This document shows, piece after piece, positions 10,326-20,691 of a DNA stretch of 64,000 bases. Source of the stretch: Promethearchaeota archaeon (GTDB taxonomy: Archaea; Asgardarchaeota; Lokiarchaeia; Sigyniarchaeales; SOKP01); NCBI GenBank assembly GCA_030599585.1, contig JAUVNS010000002.1:192001-256000 (forward strand), read 5' to 3'. The first letter of the stretch is position 1. Each line of letters opens with the position of its first letter. A program made the position numbers and the translations under genes. The notes beneath the pieces are model-generated. The model had not been told where the DNA came from and searched no databases. It saw only the letters and a program-made list of their open reading frames with translations.

Positions 10326-11807
10326 ATGAAGTTTGACGAATTTGAATTGATTTATAAGAAGGATCGTAAAGAAATTAAAAATAAAGCGAAGTTAGAATCA
10401 GAGTTAACAGAAATATTAGGTAACCAGAATGTTTCTTCTGAATCTATTGATATTTTCGCGTATAGTAAGGATTCTACGCTCATCGCTTTTAATTGGACGC
10501 TTCAAGGTAAAATGATGTCTTTACCAGATATTATTACCTGGCCAGAAACTGTAGAACAGATTTCTGAAATTTTAAAATATGCAAACAAAGAAAAAATACC
10601 TGTTATACCGTATGCTGAAGGATCCGGCGTTGTAGGAGGTGCTATTGCACTACGCGGTGGAATTATTCTAGACATGAAGAAATTTAATAAAATCTTAGAG
10701 ATAAACGACAAAGACTTAACTGTTACAGCTCAAACTGGAATAAATGGCATGAATTTAGAGAGATTTTTAAACGATAAAGGTTACACTTCCGGTCATATAC
10801 CGCAATCCCTTTACACGTCTTCATTGGGAGGTTGGATAGCTCATAGAGCAGCGGGACAATTCTCAACAAAATACGGTAAAATCGAAGATATCGTTATGGG
10901 TATGGAAATCGTTTTACCTCAAGGAGATGTTATAAATTTTAAGCCAATTGCCAGAGCATCAACAGGGCCTCAATTTGACAAACTTTTCATTGGGGGAGAA
11001 GGTACGATGGGAATAGTAACAAAAGCCACGCTAAAAATTTGGCCCTATCCAGAAAAGAGAACGTTCATATCTTATGCGTTTCCTACTTTTGAGGATTCGT
11101 TAGAAGCTACGAGACTAATATTAAGGCAACAAATATATCCTGCAGTTATGCGAATTTACGATGCTGATGAAACATTCAGACATTTTGGTCATCTAGAAAA
11201 AGCTAAAGACAAGGTTATGGTTGTATTTGTTTGTGAAGGTATTGGAAAGCTCGTTGATCTTGAAGAGCAAATTACAAAAGAGACATGTGAGAAGAATAAA
11301 GGCGTTGAATGCGGCGAAGAACCAGTTGAGCACTGGTTTGAAACTAGATTTAAAGTAACAGATACATCATCAACTCCAACCTTTCAAATGGTTTTCGATA
11401 CCATTGAAATTGGATTTTTATGGGATAAAGCGGCAGACATGTATCATTCGGTAATAGAAGCTACAAAAAAAGTGAAGGGTATTGTAATGATAACTGCCCA
11501 TGTATCACACTTTTATCCTAACGGAGTAGGGTTTTATTTTACTTTTGCTGGAGTTCCTCCAAAAGAATTAACAGATCTTGAATTTTACCAAGAAGTGTGG
11601 GATACGGTTATTAAAACGGTAGAGGATTGCGGTGGATCGTTTGGGCACCATCACGGTGTTGGAATCAATAGATCTAAGTGGATGCCAGTAGAATGGGGAA
11701 AATCTTTTGATACTTTAAAAAGTATTAAGAAACTGCTTGACCCCAATAATATTTTAAATCCAGGGAAAATTTATGAAAGTCCTTGGAAAGAAAGAGGTGA
11801 AAATTAA
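10326..11807 (+). CDS. FAD-linked oxidase of the alkyl-dihydroxyacetonephosphate synthase (AGPS)-like subfamily
   Basis: GHIPQSLYTSSLGGWIAHRAAGQFSTKYGKIED, GGEGTMGIVT, HVSHFY, HHHGVG, DPNNILNPGK. Confidence 0.8.
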   Translation: MKFDEFELIYKKDRKEIKNKAKLESELTEILGNQNVSSESIDIFAYSKDSTLIAFNWTLQGKMMSLPDIITWPETVEQISEILKYANKEKIPVIPYAEGSGVVGGAIALRGGIILDMKKFNKILEINDKDLTVTAQTGINGMNLERFLNDKGYTSGHIPQSLYTSSLGGWIAHRAAGQFSTKYGKIEDIVMGMEIVLPQGDVINFKPIARASTGPQFDKLFIGGEGTMGIVTKATLKIWPYPEKRTFISYAFPTFEDSLEATRLILRQQIYPAVMRIYDADETFRHFGHLEKAKDKVMVVFVCEGIGKLVDLEEQITKETCEKNKGVECGEEPVEHWFETRFKVTDTSSTPTFQMVFDTIEIGFLWDKAADMYHSVIEATKKVKGIVMITAHVSHFYPNGVGFYFTFAGVPPKELTDLEFYQEVWDTVIKTVEDCGGSFGHHHGVGINRSKWMPVEWGKSFDTLKSIKKLLDPNNILNPGKIYESPWKERGEN

Positions 11808-13067
11808 ATGGCTGAGATTTTAAAGAAATATAAATGGATGGGTCCAATCATTCAAAAAATGGATCGTGATACCAAAAAAGTATTTATGAAAAGTTTTCGA
11901 ATGCGAGATAAGAACTTTTTTCCAGAAGGGGATTATAAAGCTGATGTTAAGAACTTAGTAAATTGTATGCTCTGTCCAAACATGTGTAGGTTCGATTGTG
12001 GAACACTTCAAGCATCTCAGAAAGAAACAATGAGTCCCGCCTATAAGGCAAGAATTGGGTATTATCTAACAATTGGAAAAATAGATTATAATGATTCTGA
12101 GTTTGTAAATTTGATGTATAAATGCACGAATGAGGAAAATTGTAAAGTATGGTGCCCATTTGGATTTTCAGTCGTATCACTACTTGAGACTGTACGAGAC
12201 GATATTAATGAGAAGGGTTTCATGCCAGATTATTGCAAGGAACAAGTCAAGAAGTTGAAAGAATCTAATACAATCGAAGGATACAACATCTACGAAACTT
12301 ATAAAGAAAATGGTATAGAGAATATCGAAACTGATGGAAATGATGATGTGTTTTATTACCTTGGATGTGAATCAATGAAATTCCCAGAAGTCATAAAAGC
12401 TAATATGAATATATTGAAAAAAGCAGGAATTAAATTCTCTACTAATCTTGACACTAAGGTTTGTTGTGGAGGTCCATTATTTAATATTAGAGATTTAACC
12501 ACAGCAAAAGATTTTGCTGAAAAAAATAAGAACTTAATTGAATCAACAGGTGCTGAAATTATCGTCTCAGACTGCCCCGGATGTGTATTAACGCTTACTA
12601 AAAGATATGAAAGTCTTGGTATAAAAATTAATAAAGAAATAATTCACATTGTCGAATATATTAAAAAATTGCTAGATGAAGGAAAAATCAAGCCAACAAA
12701 AAATATAACAGATGATTTGAAAAAAGTAACGATTCACGATCCCTGTCTTATTGCGAGAAATTTGGAAGATATTTCATCTATTAGAGACATTCTCGGCAAG
12801 ATTCCCGGTCTGGAATTAGTAGAACCAAGATTTAATAAAGAAGACGTCCATTGTTGTGGTTGGAGCGGTACAGCCCATTGGGCTGATAGAGATTTAGCGA
12901 TTAAAGAAGCAACGATACGAGTTAGTGAATTAAAGGACACGGGAGCGGAAATCTTTGTTTCTGCATGTCCATTATGTGAATTAGGCTTGGCTTACGGACT
13001 TAAAGAAGATGAAAAAGAAAAGATTAAAATAGTAGACGTGTCTGAATTACTAAATAAAGTAATTTAA
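11808..13067 (+). CDS. Fe-S / double CCG-domain protein (GlpC/HdrD-like)
   Basis: CMLCPNMCRFDC, CTNEENCKVWCP, YYLGC, VCCGG, SDCPGC, HDPC, CCGWSG, SACPLC; starts immediately after the upstream stop. Confidence 0.85.
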   Translation: MAEILKKYKWMGPIIQKMDRDTKKVFMKSFRMRDKNFFPEGDYKADVKNLVNCMLCPNMCRFDCGTLQASQKETMSPAYKARIGYYLTIGKIDYNDSEFVNLMYKCTNEENCKVWCPFGFSVVSLLETVRDDINEKGFMPDYCKEQVKKLKESNTIEGYNIYETYKENGIENIETDGNDDVFYYLGCESMKFPEVIKANMNILKKAGIKFSTNLDTKVCCGGPLFNIRDLTTAKDFAEKNKNLIESTGAEIIVSDCPGCVLTLTKRYESLGIKINKEIIHIVEYIKKLLDEGKIKPTKNITDDLKKVTIHDPCLIARNLEDISSIRDILGKIPGLELVEPRFNKEDVHCCGWSGTAHWADRDLAIKEATIRVSELKDTGAEIFVSACPLCELGLAYGLKEDEKEKIKIVDVSELLNKVI

Positions 13068-13120
13068 CGTAAAAAGTTATTTTTAATTAATTTATATAAA
13101 AAATATTTTAAAGTGATTAG

Positions 13121-14584
13121 ATGAGCGATTTAATATGTGTTTTTGATGTTGGAACAACAGGTACAAGAACAATGATTTTCGATATAAACGGGAAAGAAAT
13201 AGCTCGGGCTTATGAAGAGTATCCCGTTGTAGAACAGCCAATTGGAATATCAGAGCAGGATCCAATAACATGGTGGAATGCTGTCAAGAGTACTTGCAAT
13301 AAAATTATAAAAAGTGGAGTAATAGACCCAAATGACATAATTGGAATTTCAGCAGCCTTTCAAAGAGCAACTACGACCATCATTGATATAAATGGTGAAA
13401 TATTGCATCCAGCACTTACATGGATGGACGAACGAGAAGTTACGGACTTTAAAGGTTTTCAAGAAGAGGGAGGTTTACGAAGAGCCATCCCAAAAATACT
13501 CTGGTTGAAGAATAATGAATCGGAATTATATAATAAAACGTCTAAAATAATTTCCACCGACTCATATATTTACATGAAATTATGTGGAGCGTGCGTTACA
13601 GATCCCACGAATGGAATATATGGTATCTTAAATATGGATACATTGCAATGGGACGCTGGTCTTGCTGATCTTTATGATTTGCCACTAAATTTATGGCCAG
13701 AACTTCATACTCCCGGTGAAAAAATCGGTGAGTTGACAAATGAAGCAGCAATAAGTCTAGGTTTAAATCCAAATATACCAATCATAATGGGAGGTGGAGA
13801 CCAACAATGTGCTGCTTTAAGTTTAGGAGTAATTAATAAAGGGCAAGCAAAGGTGACCTTTGGGACGGGGACATTTGTAGATTTAATTGTTGATGGTCCA
13901 ATAAAAGCTGCTGGAGATGTACCAATTTTCTCCTTACCACATGTTATTAAGGGAAAGTGGTTTATTGAAGGCACTATGCCGGGAACTGGTACATCCTTGA
14001 AATGGTTTAAAGACAACTTCTCACAACTACAGGTTAAAGAATCTGAAGAATTAAATAGAGATATTTACGATATTTTAACAAAGGAAGCAGAACAGATTAG
14101 ACCCGGAAGCGCAGGTTTATTATTTATTCCATTGTATATATTCAGAAAAGGAACAATTCATGGATTAAGCTTAAATCACACAAGAGGTCATATGATTAGA
14201 GCAATTATGGAAAGTGCTGCTTTAAGTGCTCAAATGTACCTAAATATGTTAGAAGCTATGGCAAAAGTTAATATCGATGAATTAAAAGTAGATGGAGGTG
14301 GTATGAATAGCGATTTTTGGGCACAAATGGTTGCAGATGTTATGAGCAAGAAGGTAATGATCCCAGAAATCAAAGACGGAGCTGCTTTAGGTGCTGCAAT
14401 TCTAGGTTTCTATGGACTTGCTAAATATAACAGTATTGAAGATGCAATTGAAAAAATGGTAAGATTTACTGACGTTAAAACCCCAAATAAAGAAAATTCA
14501 AAAATTTACAAAAAATTAGGTCGAATTTTCCTTTCCACTGTACTTGAAACTAATGATAAAAAACGAGTAACAAAAAATCTCTAA
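13121..14584 (+). CDS. FGGY-family carbohydrate kinase (xylulokinase/glycerol kinase-like)
   Basis: DVGTTGTR, EQDP, WMDER, GGGDQQCA, FGTGTF, VDGGG, ALGAAI. Confidence 0.9.
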   Translation: MSDLICVFDVGTTGTRTMIFDINGKEIARAYEEYPVVEQPIGISEQDPITWWNAVKSTCNKIIKSGVIDPNDIIGISAAFQRATTTIIDINGEILHPALTWMDEREVTDFKGFQEEGGLRRAIPKILWLKNNESELYNKTSKIISTDSYIYMKLCGACVTDPTNGIYGILNMDTLQWDAGLADLYDLPLNLWPELHTPGEKIGELTNEAAISLGLNPNIPIIMGGGDQQCAALSLGVINKGQAKVTFGTGTFVDLIVDGPIKAAGDVPIFSLPHVIKGKWFIEGTMPGTGTSLKWFKDNFSQLQVKESEELNRDIYDILTKEAEQIRPGSAGLLFIPLYIFRKGTIHGLSLNHTRGHMIRAIMESAALSAQMYLNMLEAMAKVNIDELKVDGGGMNSDFWAQMVADVMSKKVMIPEIKDGAALGAAILGFYGLAKYNSIEDAIEKMVRFTDVKTPNKENSKIYKKLGRIFLSTVLETNDKKRVTKNL

Positions 14585-14774
14585 TTTTTTTCTTCTCTAT
14601 TTTTAAGTAAAGTTAATATATGTGAAAATAGTTCACTAAATTTCGTTTTTCAGATTAGTAGTTCTTTAAATTTTTCAGAAGAACTGTCTAAATTTAAATG
14701 ATTTTCATTTTAGAAAAGTATTTGTTTGTACTTTAATTTTCAAAATTAAACCCAATAATTTAAAATGTGATACC

Positions 14775-15611
14775 ATGCCCTTCTTTAAAAACCAAGAAGG
14801 TTATAACCTGTATTACGAAGATATTAACGGCGATAATAGGGGCCATACAGATGGCACTATAATCCTACTTCATGGTTTCGCCTCTTCAGCTTCATTTTTT
14901 AAAGGGCAAATTAAATTGTTAAGAAATAAATATCGTATCATAGCATTTGATGCGTTGGGGCATGGAAAAAGCGATCATACTGTAAAACTTAATCTTTCAA
15001 AAAATCTTAGATTTGATATAATTAGAGATCTTGAGGACCTCCTGGTTTTCCTCAATGTAAATGAAAAGTACGGAATTATTGGCCACTCCCTGGTAGGAGG
15101 CATGACTGGTCAATTAATAAGTATGAAACATCCAGATAAAATTAATTTCTTAATCTTGCTTAATTCTGGTTATATAATGATCGATAATGTAATTAGAAAT
15201 ATCTTTTATAATTTGCTTCCGTATTTTATCCGTATGAATTTTTTGGATGTTGTTGCAAACTCAGTTGAGGATATCTTGGATAAAGTTATTCCGTATATTT
15301 TAGCATCGTTGGCTGATTCTATGAATGGAATGAAGTTAACTAAAGATGAATTATATATGCTCATTGAAGACCAGATCTTTTCTATGATTAATGAAATTAA
15401 TGTGTATGATCCTTCTGGGATTGAGTGCCCTACATTGATTATCGCTGGAAGATTAGATAACTTTGCTCCAGAACAAATGTCAGAAGAACTCCACAAGAAG
15501 ATTCCTAATTCTAAGTTGGAAATATTAGATATGGCCGGCCACTTCGCACCTGCTCAACGTACAGACGTAATTAATGAGTTAATATGTAATTTTATTAAAA
15601 CACTTGGTTAG
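14775..15611 (+). CDS. Alpha/beta-fold hydrolase
   Basis: LLHGF, DALGHGKS, nucleophile elbow GHSLVGG, acid residue in GRLDNF, His in AGHF. Confidence 0.85.
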   Translation: MPFFKNQEGYNLYYEDINGDNRGHTDGTIILLHGFASSASFFKGQIKLLRNKYRIIAFDALGHGKSDHTVKLNLSKNLRFDIIRDLEDLLVFLNVNEKYGIIGHSLVGGMTGQLISMKHPDKINFLILLNSGYIMIDNVIRNIFYNLLPYFIRMNFLDVVANSVEDILDKVIPYILASLADSMNGMKLTKDELYMLIEDQIFSMINEINVYDPSGIECPTLIIAGRLDNFAPEQMSEELHKKIPNSKLEILDMAGHFAPAQRTDVINELICNFIKTLG

Positions 15612-15653
15612 TATATCTTAAAGGACTACCGATTAAGTGTATAGTGCGTATTT

Positions 15654-16022
15654 ATGAATATCAAACCCGAAGACAATAATACTACAATCTCTTATTTCAA
15701 AGAAGAAATCGAACGCTTTGTTAAAGAGCGTAGATGGACGAAATTTCATAATCCTAAGGATTTAATTCAAGCTATTGGTATTGAAGTGTCTGAATTATCC
15801 GAAATATTTTTGTTTAAAGACCTTACACTTGGTACAATACACAAAGACAAAGATATTTTAGAGAATATTTCTGATGAGATCGCTGATATTTTTATATATC
15901 TAGTTAGCCTTTTAAATAGCTTAAATGTAGATTTGACGAGTGCTTTCATAAGAAAAATGAAAAAAAATGAAGATAAATATACAAAAGAAGAATTTAATGA
16001 CGGTTCATACCGCAAACTGTAA
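15654..16022 (+). CDS. MazG-like nucleotide pyrophosphohydrolase (dCTP pyrophosphatase type)
   Basis: FVKERRWTKFHNPKDL...IEVSELSEIF...DEIADIFIYL...KMKKNEDKY. Confidence 0.85.
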   Translation: MNIKPEDNNTTISYFKEEIERFVKERRWTKFHNPKDLIQAIGIEVSELSEIFLFKDLTLGTIHKDKDILENISDEIADIFIYLVSLLNSLNVDLTSAFIRKMKKNEDKYTKEEFNDGSYRKL

Positions 16023-16051
16023 AACCGCTATATTTTGATATGGTGCCCAAT

Positions 16052-16363
16052 CTATACTTTCTTAGGAAATGTCCTCAATTTTAGAATAGTCTCATCCCCC
16101 TTAGCCCAGTTCTTCAGATTAGCCAATCTTTCACCATGATCACCATGTTCAGGATGATCGAATGCTTGTTGAAGCTCCGTACAAGGTAGATCTGGGCAAA
16201 AACCACAATGAAGATATCCTTTCTCATAACAGCATTTTGCTACACCGCATTCTCCATAGAACATCTCTCCTTTACAAATTTGGCATCCCAAGCAGTTAGT
16301 TTTCTCTTTCCATTCGCATATCCCACAATATGCTCCACACATACCTATTTGTTCTTTATCCAT
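16052..16363 (-). CDS. Cys-rich DUF3795-type protein
   Basis: CGAYCGIC..CLGC..CGVAKCC..HCGFCPDLPC..RLANL pattern. Confidence 0.8.
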   Translation of the reverse strand: MDKEQIGMCGAYCGICEWKEKTNCLGCQICKGEMFYGECGVAKCCYEKGYLHCGFCPDLPCTELQQAFDHPEHGDHGERLANLKNWAKGDETILKLRTFPKKV

Positions 16364-16406
16364 TAGTCAATAACACTTCTTTCAGTTATTATTGGGTAAT
16401 ATTTAC

Positions 16407-16820
16407 TTAGATAATTATATTATAGAATTTTTCCTTTATTTTTTTTTTATAATAATTTATAGTTTCTTTATCCAATCGTATAAACTCTCGCTTATTTCTA
16501 TTATATTCAACTTTTCTAATCATTTGAATATAATTCATTTTCTCAAACCATTTATCAAATTCATATTCAAATGTGTCCCCTTCTTCTCTGTCAAAATCTA
16601 TGTCTGGTATAAATGATACTTATTCTAAAAGTTCTAACATTTTATTTTTTACACACCATTGCAACTTTAGTAAAAACAACTCCTGATCAGATTTAAATGA
16701 TGTAAATTTAACCTATGCATCAAGCATGCTACAATTAATAATGAACTTATTCAGTCCTATCAGATGAAAGAATTTATCCCTTGATAATGTCAGATCAGAA
16801 AAAAGAAAAAAAATTATGAT
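16407..16820 (-). pseudogene. Probable decayed gene of unknown family
   Basis: One minus-strand frame of ~138 codons with only two internal stops (TAG 16713-15, TAA 16620-22) and protein-like composition. Confidence 0.35.
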
Positions 16821-16832
16821 TTAATAATAAAA

Positions 16833-17006
16833 TTATATCGTAGAATCTCCAGTAGTTCCCTTTTCTTCTCTCTTTTTTTCTAAATATTCTTTATATTCAC
16901 TCTGAGAATGTTTCTTTTTAATTAAGCCATATATACAAATAGCAATCATAAGTACTATACATACTAAAATAACTATTGTATAAAGATTTGATAATGCTTG
17001 AGACAT
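16833..17006 (-). CDS. Small single-pass membrane protein (57 aa, below the ORF-track cutoff)
   Basis: MSQALSNLYTIVILVCIVLMIAICIYGLIKKKHSQSEYKEYLEKKREEKGTTGDSTI: ~20-aa hydrophobic helix followed by KKK; purine-rich AAGGGA upstream; T-rich tract downstream. Confidence 0.7.
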   Translation of the reverse strand: MSQALSNLYTIVILVCIVLMIAICIYGLIKKKHSQSEYKEYLEKKREEKGTTGDSTI

Positions 17007-17164
17007 TTTTTATCCCTTTTATTAATTTCTGAAATTTTTTGTCAAAAAATGGAATGTAATTTTATATTTAAATTTTTTAAAATATATATAGGAAAAAATC
17101 TTAGTATTATTATCAAAAATCTATTAATTTAAAAATATCCAGGAAAATAAGAGGTTAATCGAGA

Positions 17165-17599
17165 ATGTCAAATATACATGTTCCAATTGATAGTTCTAAC
17201 CTTTCTGAAATAATCCCAGAAGGAGAAGATATTTTATATAGTACGATGTGCAAAGTTAAAGCACTCGGTTATAATGCTGATAGTAAATGGGAGTCCCATG
17301 TTTTGGTATCAAAATCAGGTTTCGCATCATTTACTAGATTTAAACCATATGAAACGAAATCTGGAGCCTCCAGATATAAAGTAGGGAAAAAAAAAGAAGG
17401 TTTAAACATGCTATTTACTAGATGGGAGGAACTTTCAACAAATATTGAAAAACCACCTTTTAGAGAAGATGAAATTAGTCACGTATTAAATCCTGAGGTA
17501 TCATTGTTAAGGAGGACATTTGCTCTTTATAAAGGAATAACTGCTAAAGGATTTGGTCATTTCTGTAGAGATTTATGGCTAGAAAAAGTAATGAAATAA
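17165..17599 (+). CDS. Hypothetical protein
   Basis: 144-aa ORF with GAGGT ribosome-binding site upstream; no family recognised. Confidence 0.7.
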   Translation: MSNIHVPIDSSNLSEIIPEGEDILYSTMCKVKALGYNADSKWESHVLVSKSGFASFTRFKPYETKSGASRYKVGKKKEGLNMLFTRWEELSTNIEKPPFREDEISHVLNPEVSLLRRTFALYKGITAKGFGHFCRDLWLEKVMK

Positions 17600-17647
17600 A
17601 ATTAATTAATAATTTTTATTTATTTTTAATATTTTGATGGAAAGTTT

Positions 17648-18241
17648 ATGGATCCTGAAATTACTCATCCTGAATTGTTAAATAAATGTGTTAGATGCCG
17701 TTTACATAGTAATGAATTACTCACTCAAACGATCAGAAAACCGATTGGAGATTACGAAGTAAGATTCTATAATATAAAGTATTCTGTGTGTCAATTTTGT
17801 AAACCAAAGGTAGACAAAGCAATTAAAAATGAGAAGCATTATTATTCAAAATCATTTTTAGCTGGTATGTTATTAATTATATATATTGTTGGACTAATCT
17901 TAATTTTCAATACAAAATTGTATTTTCTTATTATTGCTTTAGTATTAGCTACTTTTGGCATATTTTTTTTATATCCATTGTTTAATCGAATTTACTATAG
18001 AACTCGTCCAGATAGATTAAGTTCATATTTCGAAATTAGAAAGGAGGGTATAGCTATATTAAAAGATTTCAAGACCCAAAGTGAAATAGAAAAAATTACT
18101 CTTATATCGCAGGAAAAAAGGATTGATGATACGATCTTAAAGATAACCTATCAATTTTGTCCTAACTGTGGAACTCAATTAAAAACAAATACAGGATTTT
18201 GCAAAAAATGTGGAAAGAATCTTAAGATAGAGGGGAAATAA
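17648..18241 (+). CDS. Two-TM membrane protein with Zn-binding CxxC pairs and a C-terminal zinc ribbon
   Basis: CVRC..CQFC, two hydrophobic helices, FCPNCG...FCKKCG. Confidence 0.8.
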   Translation: MDPEITHPELLNKCVRCRLHSNELLTQTIRKPIGDYEVRFYNIKYSVCQFCKPKVDKAIKNEKHYYSKSFLAGMLLIIYIVGLILIFNTKLYFLIIALVLATFGIFFLYPLFNRIYYRTRPDRLSSYFEIRKEGIAILKDFKTQSEIEKITLISQEKRIDDTILKITYQFCPNCGTQLKTNTGFCKKCGKNLKIEGK

Positions 18242-18357
18242 AGGAATCCTTTTAAAGATTCCAGCGAGAGAAGCTTGTAGGATTTATTCTTAGGTTAACA
18301 AATAGCCAATACAAATGATAAAAAGGATTTTTATGCAATTTCATCTTTTTTATAATC

Positions 18358-19335
18358 ATGACATCAGAAAAATTAGATGATATTATTAGAAATCAATTCG
18401 ATAAAACTTTAGATGGTACGAATTTTGAATCATTAGGGAGTCTCTATAAGGGGAAAGTCCGAGATAATTATATAAAAAACGATGTAAGAATAATTATCGC
18501 TACAGATCGCTTATCTGCTTTTGATCGCGTGATTACAACAATTCCGTTTAAAGGACAAATGCTAAATCAAGTATCATCTTTCTGGTTTGAAAAAACTAAA
18601 AACCTAGTAAAAAACCATATAATAGATATTCCAGATCCTAACGTTGCTGTGGTTCACCAGTGTGAGATGATTCCAGTAGAAATGATTGTAAGAGCGTACA
18701 TAACTGGATCAGCGTGGCGTAGTTATACTAAAGGAAAGGCTACCTCGGGAATAATTTTACCTGAAGGATTACAAAAAAATCAGAAATTAGACGATTTTAT
18801 TTTGACACCATCCACAAAAGCGGTGAGTGGGCACGATATATATATTTCCAGAGAAAAAATTTTAGAAGATAAATTGGTTGATGAAGACATATATACACAA
18901 ATGGAGAGCGCATCGAAAAAGCTATTTAAATTTGCTCAAAATTACTGCCTTAAAAATGGTTTAATATTAGTCGATACAAAATACGAATTTGGAATAAAGG
19001 ATGGAGAATTATTGGTAACTGATGAGATTCATACTCAGGATTCTTCTAGATTTTGGGTTGCAGATAGCTATAACGAAAAGTTTGAAAAAAGTGAAGAACC
19101 CGAAATTCTGGATAAAGAGATTTTCAGAAGTTGGTTAATGGACACGTATCCAGATATTTTCCCCAATATCACCCTAAATCAAGATATACCTCCTATAGCT
19201 CCTGAGATTAAAGTAGAACTTGCCAAGAGATATATGAAAAGTTATCAAAAAATCACGGGAAATGAATTTGAAGCAGAAGTATCAGATGTAAAAAAGAGAA
19301 TCGAGGAGAATCTTAAAAAAGCTAACTATTTGTAA
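18358..19335 (+). CDS. purC: Phosphoribosylaminoimidazole-succinocarboxamide synthase
   Basis: YKGKVRD, TDRLSAFD, IPFKG, EMIVRAYITGS, LVDTKYEFG, DEIHTQDSSRFW. Confidence 0.96.
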   Translation: MTSEKLDDIIRNQFDKTLDGTNFESLGSLYKGKVRDNYIKNDVRIIIATDRLSAFDRVITTIPFKGQMLNQVSSFWFEKTKNLVKNHIIDIPDPNVAVVHQCEMIPVEMIVRAYITGSAWRSYTKGKATSGIILPEGLQKNQKLDDFILTPSTKAVSGHDIYISREKILEDKLVDEDIYTQMESASKKLFKFAQNYCLKNGLILVDTKYEFGIKDGELLVTDEIHTQDSSRFWVADSYNEKFEKSEEPEILDKEIFRSWLMDTYPDIFPNITLNQDIPPIAPEIKVELAKRYMKSYQKITGNEFEAEVSDVKKRIEENLKKANYL

Positions 19336-19365
19336 CTCATAGGAAAAGATTTAAATAAGATTTAA

Positions 19366-19581
19366 TTGTATTTTTTTATAATGTTTGCGTTTATTTTACT
19401 CATTAGCGTTTTTGGATTATTTATGGCTAGTTTTGTTGTGCTGATTATAGATTTAACTTCCACTAAAAGAAACAATAATAGACCGACCGACGAAAAATTA
19501 CCGAAGCTTGGTAAATATAGCTTTCTGTTTAATCTTTTTGCGCTTTTACTCTTAGTATTTGTAAGCTTTTTAAACATTTAA
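19366..19581 (+). CDS. Possible small two-TM membrane protein
   Basis: Two hydrophobic segments around a charged loop; could arise by chance in T-rich DNA; start may be ATG 19381. Confidence 0.45.
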   Translation: MYFFIMFAFILLISVFGLFMASFVVLIIDLTSTKRNNNRPTDEKLPKLGKYSFLFNLFALLLLVFVSFLNI

Positions 19582-19714
19582 TAAATTTATTTCCATTTGA
19601 TTGTTTTAAATTTTAACAGACGAAAACTATGCCATTTTTGTCGCATTTCATAGAAGAAAATTATTTATTAATTAATAAGAACTATTAAAATCATAATTCA
19701 ACTTTTTTTCTTAA

Positions 19715-19984
19715 ATGGCTCAAATGGAATTTATAATAGAAATTTCTCTTGAAAATAAGCCTGCTGCTCGTGATCCCGTAGCTGAAACTATAAAAAGAGA
19801 TTTGCTCGCAAAAAAGGGATATGAAAATGTGTCAAAAGTTCGTTCTGGTCAATATTTAAGACTTATTCTAAAAGCGAACGATGAAGAAGATGCCAAGGAA
19901 ATTGTTACAAACATGTGTAATGATTTAAGAATATTTAATCCAGTCACACAGAACCTAAACATCATAAATGTGAAGAAATTATGA
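19715..19984 (+). CDS. purS: FGAM synthase subunit PurS
   Basis: KPAARDP..TI, VRSG, MC..IFNPV; first gene of purSQL. Confidence 0.92.
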   Translation: MAQMEFIIEISLENKPAARDPVAETIKRDLLAKKGYENVSKVRSGQYLRLILKANDEEDAKEIVTNMCNDLRIFNPVTQNLNIINVKKL

Positions 19985-20691
19985 CTATTAAGATTGCTGT
20001 CATTCAATTTCCGGGAGCAAATTGCGATTTAGATGCAGTTCATGTCTTAAGGAATGTTGTAGGCGTCGATACCACATTAGTTTGGCATAATGATTTTAAA
20101 GAAGATAACTTTGACGGTGTAATTTTACCAGGAGGATTTAGTTTTGGTGATTATTTAAGAGCGGGAATTATCGCAGCTCATAGCCCCGCGTTAGATGAAG
20201 CGAGAATAATGTTAAAGGATGGTAGACCCATTCTTGGCATATGTAATGGTTTTCAAATTTTAATCGAAGCTGAATTTCTTCCTGGAGCTTTACTACAAAA
20301 CGAATCGTTAAAGTTTGTTTGTAAATGGGTAAACATTAAGGTGATAAATAATCAAACTGCCTTTACTCACAAAATGAAGAAAAATGATGTTCTTGCGATT
20401 CCCATTGCTCATGGAGAAGGAAGATATTACACCGACAATTTAAAGGAGTTAGAAGAAAACGATCAAATAGTATTCAAGTATTCAACTGAGGACGGAAGAT
20501 TCAAATCTGAAGCAAATCCGACCGGAACTTTAGAAAATATTGCGGGAATCTGTAATATTGAACAAAACTGTGTGGGATTAATGCCACACCCTGAACGCGC
20601 ATCTGAATCGATCCTTAGTCCCAACCAAACTACTCATGGTAAAATCTTTTTTGAATCTATGATTGAATTTATAAAAGGGAGGCTAACTTGA
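19981..20691 (+). CDS. purQ: FGAM synthase glutaminase subunit PurQ
   Basis: FPGANCD, PGGFSFGDYLR, GICNGFQ, AHGEG, GLMPHPER. Confidence 0.97.
   Translation: MTIKIAVIQFPGANCDLDAVHVLRNVVGVDTTLVWHNDFKEDNFDGVILPGGFSFGDYLRAGIIAAHSPALDEARIMLKDGRPILGICNGFQILIEAEFLPGALLQNESLKFVCKWVNIKVINNQTAFTHKMKKNDVLAIPIAHGEGRYYTDNLKELEENDQIVFKYSTEDGRFKSEANPTGTLENIAGICNIEQNCVGLMPHPERASESILSPNQTTHGKIFFESMIEFIKGRLT

Noticed and set aside
18261-18270. CCAGCGAGAG shared with the SECIS candidate
   Set aside because: Only a 10-nt match, with no K-turn context and no UGA-containing gene upstream; likely chance.
18242-18335. Purine-riboswitch-like multi-stem fold upstream of purC
   Set aside because: Lacks the conserved purine-aptamer nucleotides, and a BRE/TATA-like element ~25-30 nt before the ATG suggests a leaderless transcript that excludes this region.
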